A DNA stretch of 64,000 bases, from assembly GCA_002686945.1 (NCBI GenBank), contig NYYZ01000044.1, forward strand, positions 18,801 through 82,800, written 5' to 3'. The translations under genes were made by a program, and so were the position numbers. Of this stretch, positions 1 to 8,755 are shown one piece after another; position 1 is the stretch's first letter, and each line of letters starts with the position of its first letter. A model generated the notes under the pieces. The model saw only the letters and a program-made list of their open reading frames with translations, was not told the DNA's origin and did not search any database. The stretch is from Planctomycetota bacterium (GTDB lineage: Bacteria; Planctomycetota; UBA1135; GCA-002686595).

Positions 1-1
1 C

Positions 2-595
2 CCCTGGGCTGCAGGGCGCACCTTTCTTTGGACCACCACGATCGGTCGCGCTTGGACTCCGTTGCCCCAGTTGGCCCCAGCAATGGTACCCCTGGTTGTG
101 GAATGGGTGCGGTATGCAGGACGACGGGACGCAACGGAACTCTCCGCATTACCAGGAGAATCGCCCGTCTTGAAAACCAAAGAGTTCCCGCGCCAGCCCA
201 TTCTCATGCGGCCCGATGGCACCACCCGCACCCTGGCAGGCGAACCCACTCCAACCCCGGCCGGACAATTCATCCTGCCACGACCCGCTGGCAACGACAC
301 CCAACGGGTGGGGCTCTACACAGTGAGGACGGCAGACAGTCCACCAATTCCCTTCGCTATCAGCGTTGACCCCGCTGAATCAGATCTTGTGCGACTCAGT
401 CCCCAACGGCTTGGAAGTCTGCACCCGAATCTAGTCATCGCGTCGCCCCGAAATGATTCCACCGACACGGGTACGACCGGCGAGGACAGGGAAGGTGAGC
501 TCTGGCGTCTGGTGGCATGGTTGTGCCTGCTGTTCCTGGTATGCGAGTCCCTTTGGGGAGCGCGCCTGGGTCGCCGCCGAGGAGGACGAGCATGA
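2..595 (+). CDS. 5'-truncated CDS: C-terminal part of a Bat-like envelope/membrane protein
   Basis: The frame is open from the window edge, with no stop between nt 2 and 62, and is the same frame as ORF 62..595. The C-terminus has a TM helix (ELWRLVAWLCLLFLVCESLW) followed by RLGRRRG. Its stop overlaps the next start (ATGA at 592-595). Confidence 0.6.
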   Translation, partial: PWAAGRTFLWTTTIGRAWTPLPQLAPAMVPLVVEWVRYAGRRDATELSALPGESPVLKTKEFPRQPILMRPDGTTRTLAGEPTPTPAGQFILPRPAGNDTQRVGLYTVRTADSPPIPFAISVDPAESDLVRLSPQRLGSLHPNLVIASPRNDSTDTGTTGEDREGELWRLVAWLCLLFLVCESLWGARLGRRRGGRA

Positions 596-2973
596 TCGCC
601 CTCATACCAGCGCCTCAAGGCGGCGAGTCCCTGGATACCAGTTGGCGCCTCTTGGAACTGCCAGCCGGCTGGGTTGTGGCTCTGATCATCCTGCCCATCT
701 CTCTGGGAATTGCGCTTGCCGCCTACCGCTCCGAACGTCTGGAGACAGGGATGCGTGCGCTCCTGGTGGGCCTGCGTTGGTTGGCTCTCCTGGGGCTCTT
801 GACAATCTTGGCGCGACCTGTGGAGGTTCGCTCCCAGGAGCGGGTTTCCCAAGCCGAAATCCTGATTCTGGCGGACGACTCCGCCAGCATGAGTCGCCGT
901 GACGCCTACTCGGGTGACGCCCAGGCCAGCGCGGCTTTGATAGATATCCTGGGGGCCGACCCAGGAGAATTCACGCGGGCGGAGATCACCGCCAGCCTTC
1001 TCCAGGGACAACTCACCGAACACCTTGAGCAACGGGGCTACGACACCCGTCTGATGCGCTTCGCCCAACGAGCCGAGCCCCTGGCGGACAGCACACACCT
1101 CACGGGCCGTGGTTCCGCGACCCACCTGGGGGACGCCGTGACCGCCGCACTGGCCCGGGCCCGGGGTCGGCATGTGACCGGCCTGATTGTGCTCAGCGAT
1201 GGACGCTCAAACGGCGGCCTGGCGACCCTCGACGCGGCTCAAGAAGCTCGACTGGCCGGCATTCCAGTCCACACCATCGTGATCGGAGACACACGCCCCG
1301 AGCGCAATCTGCTCCTGGAACTGGTGGAGGTACCGAGTTCGGTGCTGGAAGAGGACGAGATCGCCATCACAGTGCGCGTACGCGGTCGGGGCGTGATGGG
1401 AACCGAGTCGATCGAAGTAGTGCTCGAAGAAGTCAGCGCTTCGGGCACGGGACGCACCCTCGACCAAGCGCGCATTCAAGTCAACAGCGAGGGCCAGCGA
1501 GTCACCCTGATCGCAGAGGGTCAGCGCACGGGTTCGGGCAACAACGAACGACGCTTCCGCATCAGCGTCCCGCCCCTGGCCGAGGAGCGCATGGTGGACG
1601 ACAATCAGGTCAGCGCCACCGTGCGCATCAATCCAGAGCGCATCCGGGTGTTGTATGTGGATGGCTACCCGCGCTGGGAGTACCGCCAATTGAAAGACAT
1701 GCTCCTGCGTGCGGATGAGCGCATCGAGGCCCAGTTGTTCTTGCTCTCAGCCACGCCGGATTTCCCCCAGGAGGCGACGCGCGGCCTGGATCGCCTGACC
1801 CGGGTCCCCACCGAGCGTCAGGCCCTGCTCGATGCCTACGACGTGATCATCCTGGGAGACCTGAACCCCTGGGCGATTTCCAGCAACCCGGCCTTGGGCC
1901 AGGAATTCGTAGCCAGCCTGACCGACTTCGTGGAAGAAGGGGGAGGCCTGTGTGTGATCGCCGGTGAATACGACATGCCCAAGGCAGTAGCGGGCACGGA
2001 GTTCGCTCAACTGCTTCCCGTGGTGCTCGACCCCACTGGTTCCCTGGCTTTCGAAGTGGACGCCAGCGTGGAAAAGTGGCCGACCCTGGAGCAGCCCGCC
2101 AATCCTCACCAAATCGTGCGCCTGCATCAGGACCCACAAGTCAATCAGCAACTCTGGGAAGGACCCGATGGCCTGCGCGGATTCTATTGGCACTTCCCGG
2201 TGCGCGGCCCCAAGCCCGGAGCCCAGGTTCTCTTGCGACACCCCAGCGCCTCCCTTTCCGGCAGCGGTGAACGGGACCCCTTGCTGGTGGCGGGTTATCA
2301 CCCGGCGGGCCGCTCCCTCTTCTTGGGGCTGGATTCAACACACCGTTGGCAGTTCCGCTACGAACACCGCTACCACGAACGCTTTTGGCGCAATGTGATT
2401 CGCTGGTTGGCCATTGGCCGCCTGAAGGGTGGCGATCGACGTTTTCAATTGGACTCCTTGGAACCCGAATACGGTCTCGATGAACGCGTAACCCTTGAAG
2501 CGAGAATTCAGGATGAAGACTTCCGCCCACTGGAAGCAGAGAGCCAGGAGGTCCATTTGGAGGATCCCGATGGTCGCCGTAGCACGATTCTGCTCAAGGC
2601 TGATCCGACCCGACCAGGTGTCTTCCGCGCCAGCCAGGACGCGGGCCGCGCAGGCAACTGGCGCGCCTGGATCGAACAGCAAGGTAAACATCTCGCCAGC
2701 ACGCAATACGATGTGGTCCTTCCAAGCCGCGAGAACAGCGATCCCACCCCAGACGCTCCGAACATGCTGGCCCTGGCCCAGCGCACTGAAGGAGTGGCGG
2801 TCACCCCAGGAAACCTGAGCCCCCTGCTGGCCGCCCTGCCTGGTGGCCAGGAACGCCGGGAGCCAATCTCCAAGGAATTGAACGATGCCTGGGACCGCTG
2901 GAGCACCCTGCTGGGGGTCCTGGCCCTCTTGACCCTTGAGTGGATCCTGCGCAAGCGCCATGAGTTGATCTGA
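592..2973 (+). CDS. vWA-domain plus GATase1-like (DUF1355-type) membrane protein, BatA/BatB-like
   Basis: There is an N-terminal TM helix (WVVALIILPISLGIALAAY). vWA signatures are a MIDAS-type DxSxS in ILILADDSASMS, LIVLSDGRSNGG and IPVHTIVIGD. IRVLYVDGYPRWEYRQLKDML, YDVIILGDL and GGGLCVIAG match the putative-amidotransferase-like module. A C-terminal TM helix (LLGVLALLTLEWIL) is present. GGAGGA lies 5 nt upstream of ATG 592. Confidence 0.8.
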   Translation: MIALIPAPQGGESLDTSWRLLELPAGWVVALIILPISLGIALAAYRSERLETGMRALLVGLRWLALLGLLTILARPVEVRSQERVSQAEILILADDSASMSRRDAYSGDAQASAALIDILGADPGEFTRAEITASLLQGQLTEHLEQRGYDTRLMRFAQRAEPLADSTHLTGRGSATHLGDAVTAALARARGRHVTGLIVLSDGRSNGGLATLDAAQEARLAGIPVHTIVIGDTRPERNLLLELVEVPSSVLEEDEIAITVRVRGRGVMGTESIEVVLEEVSASGTGRTLDQARIQVNSEGQRVTLIAEGQRTGSGNNERRFRISVPPLAEERMVDDNQVSATVRINPERIRVLYVDGYPRWEYRQLKDMLLRADERIEAQLFLLSATPDFPQEATRGLDRLTRVPTERQALLDAYDVIILGDLNPWAISSNPALGQEFVASLTDFVEEGGGLCVIAGEYDMPKAVAGTEFAQLLPVVLDPTGSLAFEVDASVEKWPTLEQPANPHQIVRLHQDPQVNQQLWEGPDGLRGFYWHFPVRGPKPGAQVLLRHPSASLSGSGERDPLLVAGYHPAGRSLFLGLDSTHRWQFRYEHRYHERFWRNVIRWLAIGRLKGGDRRFQLDSLEPEYGLDERVTLEARIQDEDFRPLEAESQEVHLEDPDGRRSTILLKADPTRPGVFRASQDAGRAGNWRAWIEQQGKHLASTQYDVVLPSRENSDPTPDAPNMLALAQRTEGVAVTPGNLSPLLAALPGGQERREPISKELNDAWDRWSTLLGVLALLTLEWILRKRHELI

Positions 2974-3034
2974 AGCGACGCCCAACTGAACACAGGTGTC
3001 GCAACGCGGCTCCTGCCCAACAACACGAATAGCC

Positions 3035-6000
3035 ATGCTTCCACTTCAAAGCACCCGTCCCAGGTCACGCCTTGGGATCGCAGCCTTGCTGCTGTTGCTG
3101 CCCCCGGCCCTGACCCAGGGCTTGGGGGAGAAGGACATGGACCATGCGTATCACCTGTACGACACGCAGATGGCCAGGGCCCTGGCGGAAAAAGCGCAAG
3201 AGCACTTTGCCGCCGAACGCTACAGCGAAGGGCTGGCGGAAATGCAACGCCTGAGGGAGGAGCACCCCAAGGCGATTCTCAAATTCAAAGGGCCTCCCCC
3301 CAGCCGCACCAGCAAGCAGAACATAGAGAGCATGCTGCGCTACGTGGGAGTCGATCGCTGGGCCCTCCAGGTGCTGAGCACCGCACCTCCCGAAGCAGTG
3401 GACCTCTACCGTCAACGCCATCAGGCCGCGGCCCAGCGCGCCCTGGTACGCGCCCTGGAATTAGCGACCCGTGGAGACCACGAAGCTCTAGTGCACCTGG
3501 CCCGCCGTTGGCCCCTGACCCAGGCCGCCGCCCGGGCCTGGTTGGCAGTGGGCGATGTGGAGTACGAGGCCGGGCGCCCTGGACTTGCGCGCGCCGCCTG
3601 GAGCCGGACTGCGCGCTCCCTCGATCCCAATCAAACATCACCTGACCTGCCAACTGAGGCCAGGAAACGGACAGCGGAGGATCCCATCTGGGCGGCCCTC
3701 GACCGCCGACTGAGCCGCTGGAATCCCGACTCGACCGTACCGACCCAGCGCGGGCTCTCGGCCATAAACGGACAGCCCTTCGCGGGCCGCGCCTTTGGTA
3801 ATGAACCCGAAGGCTGGCCCAATCGACTGAGCTTGCCCCCCAATCCATTCCATACCAGCCGAGAAGGACGCCTGAGGTTCTTCCCCATACGCGTTGAAAA
3901 CCGTCTCCTGGTCAGCACCAGTCGCGACCTGTTCTGCCTGCATGCAGAGACCGGCGACCTCGAGTGGCGCAGCGGCCGCGACCCTCTGGTGGAACAATTG
4001 CCCGGATGGAATGAGATCGAATCGAGCAGCTACTCCAACCGGCGCTTCAGTGAGGCGGTGGACAACCGCGAACGCATCGTCTCCCCCGCCGCCAACCAGA
4101 CCACCGTGGTCAGTACCTTCCAGTTGCCCTTCGAAGTGGAACCGGAACATGACTACAACGACCTTGAGATCATCCAGGTGCTGCCCGAACGACGACTGGC
4201 AGCTTTTGATCTGGAAACCGGCGAGCGCATCTGGGATCACTTTCCCCACGGAAACTGGGATGGGGATTCTGGCAGCTATGCAGAACGCTTCACTATCGCC
4301 AGTCCGCCCCTGGTGGTGGGTTCCCATGTGATCGTGCAATGCGCCCGGACCCGTGGTCGTATTGAGCTGAATGTGGCCTGCTACGACCTTGAAGCTGGGC
4401 ATCTGGTCTGGAAAACGCCACTGATCACGGGGCAGCGTGAACTGAACATGTTCGGCCGCGCTCTCAAGGAATTCGTAGCACCACCGCTGGTGTACGAAGA
4501 TGGCCGCCTGTATGTGCAGACCCAGTTGGGAGTCCTCGCGGCCCTGGACCTCTTCAGCGGTACGCCCCTCTGGGTAACCTCCTATGACCAGGTGGAAATG
4601 ACCTCTGGCCGCTGGCAACAGGGAGGCCGCATGAGCACGGTCTGGCGCAATGTACCTCCTGTCCTGAGCGAGGGCCTGCTGCTTGCAACTCCCCTCGACA
4701 GTCCCGATCTGATCTGCCTGGACTTGAAGACAGGAGAGCCGAGATGGACGGTCTCGAATGCCATCCTGTGCCTGGGGGTCGACTCCCTCAGGGGCAAGGG
4801 TGTGCTCGATCATCTGGTGGGGGTCAGCAACCGGCGAGTGATCCTTGGGGGGCGTCGCGTGGCGGCCTTTGAGCCTCCCGCGGGAGGCTTGGGTATGCGC
4901 GCCCCTCGGCGGCTTGCCTGGGCGTTTCCTGCGGGAACCTCCCAGCCCCTGGGTGCGGTGGTTGCACAGCCCTTGATCACAGGCTCGACAATTCTGATTC
5001 CCGACACCCGGGAACTGGTGGAACTCGACGCTCGCACGGGCCGCCGCACGGGCATCTTGCAATGGCCGGACGATGGCAATCTGCTGGTAGAGGAAGGGGT
5101 CTTCTTCATCACCCACGCCCGAGGTGTACGCGGGTACTTTGAATGGAACGACCTTCTCAGCCGCGCACGCAAGGCGGTCAAGGATGACACCGAACGAGTT
5201 CTGCCGCGCATCCGCCTGGGTCAATTGCTGGTGGGCCGCGCGGAATCCATCATCACCGGTCGTCAGGACGCGCGGGACTTGATTGAAGCGGATCGCTGTC
5301 TGAGCGAAGCAGAAGAGAGCCTCAGCACCATCGAATTGACAGACACCCAGAACAAGGAGGTGCAGGAGGAGCTATTCAAGCTCTACCACACCCGCGCCCA
5401 TCTGGCCCGGGCAGCCATGGATATGAGCAGGGCGCAGCTGGCTTTACGCCAGGCCCTGGAGATTGCGCCAGACGCGGAACTCGCAGCCCGGACGCGAATG
5501 CACCTGCAGGAAATCCTGCGAGATCGCGACGAGGACCTGAGGGCAACGATCCTGACCGAGATGCTGGCCGCCAACCCGGAAGAACTAATGCTCTGCGCGG
5601 TGCTCAACGAACGACCCGCTGACCCCCTCTGGACCCAGCGCCTGCAGCCCCTGAAGACCATGCCCGCCGATCAGACCAGCAGTGAACGGGCCATGGTTTC
5701 AGTGGCCATGTTTGTGCACTCAGAGCGGGTGCGCGTACTGCTCAGCCAGGCCAACCCCAAGAACCAGAGCCGGGCCCAGGCGGAACTCTATGCCGTGCTC
5801 CAGGAGCGGGTCGATGAGCCTTTTTCCATAGGGCTTGAAGAACGCCCAGGGCCACGCATCACGCACGCCTGGCAGTGGGCCCGCACACTGCTGCAAGAGG
5901 GGTTGAAGCACCACAGTTGGATGTTGGACCCGGCAATTGAAGAGAAGGCCCAAGCCGAGTTGGCGACCGCACTACTCAACCCCGACTTCGACCAACTGGA

Positions 6001-7627
6001 CAGCATCCCCCAGCGCTGGCCCTACACACAAGCGGCCATCACCGCCCGTGACCTGCACTTTGAGTACGCAATCAACAACGGCAATCTGGCCATGGCAGCC
6101 AGCTTCTGCCTGACACCCCTGCCCGATGGCTGGCGCGTACCAGATCTCAGCGACGAGATGCTGTCCCAGATACTGCGCCTCAGCAAGCTGGTGGCAGAGC
6201 TTGGGAACACAGAGTTCCCGGCTGGACTCATGACTCGACTTGCCAAGGAAAGTCCACATCGTGAACTGCTCGACCTGGAGGGCCAGCCCAGCACGATCGA
6301 AAAAATCGCCAGGGCCTTAGCGTCAAAGCGCAAGCCCCGAGTCATCCCGTCCGCACCCCGACTGAATTCGTCCATGACCATGCGTACGATGACCCCGGAC
6401 AGCGCCGTCGAGATTGCCCGTGTGCAAGCCTCCAGCGAAACCAAGACCACACTGGTACTGGCCCGCTCAACTCAGGTCACTGGCTACCGAGACGGACCCA
6501 TTCCCCTTTGGACCCGGGAAATTCAGGGGCGCTCACGCATTTCCCGCGAACCAAAACGCAGCGTTGCAAACGGAGACTTGTTGCACCTGGCCCTGCCTCA
6601 GTGGATCGAGACCATAAACATACACACGGGTGAGGTCATCTGGACGACGCCGCCAAGCATGGACACCTACTCGTCGGTGCAGACGTCGAGCGGGCTGGTG
6701 ATCGCCAGCGCCGACAGGGGGTTCACCCAAAACGTCTTCGCTCTCGAAGCGCAAACCGGAGTAGAACTTTGGCGCTGGCGCAAACAGCGCATGTCCCGCA
6801 CCCCCCCCACCATCAGCGATGACCACGTGATCATCTGGCCCGAGGGCCGCGGTAGGGCGTTGGTCCTTGATCTCTTCAGCGGTCGTGAATGCGCTTCCTT
6901 CCTGGTGCCTCGCACGCACGCGGCCGAATTGGAGGCTGCCTTCATTCGAGATGGGATCCTGATCATGGTACCCCTCTCGCGCCTGGGCACCCCCCGAGAC
7001 AACCACCTCATGGCAATCGACTTGTCAAGCGGCGAGCAGATCTGGCAGATCAACCTTTCCACCCCGGAAAACGAATCCGAAGCGGTCAACGTACTGCACT
7101 CCAAGGGCCGCACCTGGTTGGTCCTGGTCCAGCGCAAGAACGGCAATAGCCAGAGCAGGATCTGTGAGCTCTTTTGGGACCGGGGCCTGCTCGACCGTAG
7201 CCCCGTAGCGCGCATCCCCGCCCGGGGAGAACTGGTGGGCATCCAACGCCAGGACACATTGCAACTTGAGCAACCCTTGGTACTGGTGGCCGACACCACC
7301 CTGCGCCGGATCATCGCCATCGACCTGGAAGTCGGTCGACGGTGGAGTTCCCAGCTCCCGAAAGAACTGCTGACGGTTCGAGGTACAAAGACCATGCCCC
7401 CAATCTGGGGCCAGAGCAGAGTGGCCTTGGTGCTGTCGCGCATGAGCCCAGATCCACGCAGTGGACCCCAGCCAGTGCTCGTGCAACTGGATCGCAGCAC
7501 AGGCCGTATGCTTGACCGTCAGGACATGGATCGGCAACCCCAGGGCTCCCAAGCCCGCGCTTCAGCATTACCCTTTGATGGTGGGCTGTGGTTTTGTCTG
7601 GACCAACGTTCGGAGTACTACCGATGA
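3035..7627 (+). CDS. Giant secreted PQQ-like (BamB-type) beta-propeller / TPR-like repeat protein (~1530 aa)
   Basis: A signal peptide is present (MLPLQSTRPRSRLGIAALLLLLPPALTQG). Repeated propeller strands pair with W-containing motifs (ETGDLEWRS, ETGERIWDH, EAGHLVWKTPL, KTGEPRWTV, HTGEVIWTT, SGEQIWQI). A central helical repeat region is present. The start at ATG 3035 was chosen over GTG 2996. Confidence 0.75.
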   Translation: MLPLQSTRPRSRLGIAALLLLLPPALTQGLGEKDMDHAYHLYDTQMARALAEKAQEHFAAERYSEGLAEMQRLREEHPKAILKFKGPPPSRTSKQNIESMLRYVGVDRWALQVLSTAPPEAVDLYRQRHQAAAQRALVRALELATRGDHEALVHLARRWPLTQAAARAWLAVGDVEYEAGRPGLARAAWSRTARSLDPNQTSPDLPTEARKRTAEDPIWAALDRRLSRWNPDSTVPTQRGLSAINGQPFAGRAFGNEPEGWPNRLSLPPNPFHTSREGRLRFFPIRVENRLLVSTSRDLFCLHAETGDLEWRSGRDPLVEQLPGWNEIESSSYSNRRFSEAVDNRERIVSPAANQTTVVSTFQLPFEVEPEHDYNDLEIIQVLPERRLAAFDLETGERIWDHFPHGNWDGDSGSYAERFTIASPPLVVGSHVIVQCARTRGRIELNVACYDLEAGHLVWKTPLITGQRELNMFGRALKEFVAPPLVYEDGRLYVQTQLGVLAALDLFSGTPLWVTSYDQVEMTSGRWQQGGRMSTVWRNVPPVLSEGLLLATPLDSPDLICLDLKTGEPRWTVSNAILCLGVDSLRGKGVLDHLVGVSNRRVILGGRRVAAFEPPAGGLGMRAPRRLAWAFPAGTSQPLGAVVAQPLITGSTILIPDTRELVELDARTGRRTGILQWPDDGNLLVEEGVFFITHARGVRGYFEWNDLLSRARKAVKDDTERVLPRIRLGQLLVGRAESIITGRQDARDLIEADRCLSEAEESLSTIELTDTQNKEVQEELFKLYHTRAHLARAAMDMSRAQLALRQALEIAPDAELAARTRMHLQEILRDRDEDLRATILTEMLAANPEELMLCAVLNERPADPLWTQRLQPLKTMPADQTSSERAMVSVAMFVHSERVRVLLSQANPKNQSRAQAELYAVLQERVDEPFSIGLEERPGPRITHAWQWARTLLQEGLKHHSWMLDPAIEEKAQAELATALLNPDFDQLDSIPQRWPYTQAAITARDLHFEYAINNGNLAMAASFCLTPLPDGWRVPDLSDEMLSQILRLSKLVAELGNTEFPAGLMTRLAKESPHRELLDLEGQPSTIEKIARALASKRKPRVIPSAPRLNSSMTMRTMTPDSAVEIARVQASSETKTTLVLARSTQVTGYRDGPIPLWTREIQGRSRISREPKRSVANGDLLHLALPQWIETINIHTGEVIWTTPPSMDTYSSVQTSSGLVIASADRGFTQNVFALEAQTGVELWRWRKQRMSRTPPTISDDHVIIWPEGRGRALVLDLFSGRECASFLVPRTHAAELEAAFIRDGILIMVPLSRLGTPRDNHLMAIDLSSGEQIWQINLSTPENESEAVNVLHSKGRTWLVLVQRKNGNSQSRICELFWDRGLLDRSPVARIPARGELVGIQRQDTLQLEQPLVLVADTTLRRIIAIDLEVGRRWSSQLPKELLTVRGTKTMPPIWGQSRVALVLSRMSPDPRSGPQPVLVQLDRSTGRMLDRQDMDRQPQGSQARASALPFDGGLWFCLDQRSEYYR

Positions 7628-8751
7628 AAGCAGCTCCTATTTACGGTCTGGCCCTTCTGATCAGCCTGACACTTGGAACGCTCTCCGTTGCAGCAGCCCA
7701 GGACCACCCCCTGAGGCCCGCACCCAAGCGGCCTCTGGTAGAGATCACTCCAGAGCAGGAAGCCGCCGTAGAACGTGGCCTCGCCTGGTTGGCCGCGCGC
7801 CAAGGCAGCGACGGGTCCTGGAGCGCCGAGGTAGGCTACAAACTCAACTCGGGATATCGCACCACGGCTGTGGGCCGCGGACACGTGGGAGTCACCTCCC
7901 TGGCGGGCATGGCCTTCCTGGCGGGGGGGCACATCCCCGGCCGAGGCGAACATGGTCAGGTGATCGAGCGCTGCCTGAACTTTGTGCTCACCTGTGTACA
8001 AGAGGACGGCTATGTGACACACGCGGGCACGCGTATGTACAGCCACGCCTTTGCTGCCTTGTTCCTGGCGGAAATCTACGGCATGACCCACCGCCAGGAC
8101 GTACGCGCCAAGCTACAGACGGCAGTGGACTTCATCGTGCGCAGTCAAAACGGCCAAGGAGGCTGGCGCTATGTCCCTCTGGCGAGAGAATCGGACATGT
8201 CCATCGTGGTCTGCCAGGTACTGGCCCTGCGCGCTGCTCGCAACATTGGAATCCGCGTTCCGCGTAACACAATCGACCGCGCTTTAGCCTATGTGGTGGA
8301 ATCAGCAGTCACGGACCAGCGCGGCAGTTCCCGCAACCGAGCTGACCTGGGCACCTTTCATTACCAGGTGGAAAGCCACAGCCGCTCAAGCTTTCCCCTC
8401 ACCGCCGCCGGAGTCACTGCCCTGCACGGCCTCGGAATCTACTCCGACGACCTGATTCTACGGGGCATCGAATTCCTGGAAGCGGAAGAGGACATGTTCA
8501 ACGCGCGCTATGGATCCCGCGGCCATTATTTCTATTGGTACGGTCACTACTACGGAGTGCAAGCCATGTACACCGTGGGCGGCGACCGCTGGCAACGCTA
8601 CTTCACCAAGCTAAGAGCACATCTGCTGCGCATGCAGACACCGGATGGGTCCTGGCCCAATGAAGTCGGCCCCGGCTCGGTTCTTGGAACCGCCATGGGT
8701 TGCCTGATCCTCGAAATCCCCTACTCCTTCTTGCCGATTTTCCAGCGCTGA
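7624..8751 (+). CDS. Secreted prenyltransferase/squalene-oxidase-repeat (alpha/alpha-toroid) protein, copy 1
   Basis: ATG 7624 overlaps the upstream stop (ATGA). A signal peptide is present (MKAAPIYGLALLISLTLGTLSVAAAQ). Repeats of the QxxDGSW/GGW type are seen (ARQGSDGSWS, SQNGQGGWRY, MQTPDGSWPN). The C-terminal end is PYSFLPIFQR. Confidence 0.75.
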   Translation: MKAAPIYGLALLISLTLGTLSVAAAQDHPLRPAPKRPLVEITPEQEAAVERGLAWLAARQGSDGSWSAEVGYKLNSGYRTTAVGRGHVGVTSLAGMAFLAGGHIPGRGEHGQVIERCLNFVLTCVQEDGYVTHAGTRMYSHAFAALFLAEIYGMTHRQDVRAKLQTAVDFIVRSQNGQGGWRYVPLARESDMSIVVCQVLALRAARNIGIRVPRNTIDRALAYVVESAVTDQRGSSRNRADLGTFHYQVESHSRSSFPLTAAGVTALHGLGIYSDDLILRGIEFLEAEEDMFNARYGSRGHYFYWYGHYYGVQAMYTVGGDRWQRYFTKLRAHLLRMQTPDGSWPNEVGPGSVLGTAMGCLILEIPYSFLPIFQR

Positions 8752-8755
8752 TCCA

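Noticed and set aside
3638-5224. 528-aa minus-strand ORF antisense to the PQQ-propeller gene. Similar long antisense or alternate-frame ORFs occur at 316-1173, 9383-10312, 8818-9477, 11790-12461, 17811-18746, 26310-27281, 31045-32313, 40711-41586, 48592-49599, 60201-60926 and 62526-63329.
   Set aside because: These have Arg/Gly/Pro/Ala-rich composition and no recognisable motifs. Each lies entirely inside a gene on the other strand or frame that has strong family signatures. Long spurious open frames are expected in GC-rich DNA.
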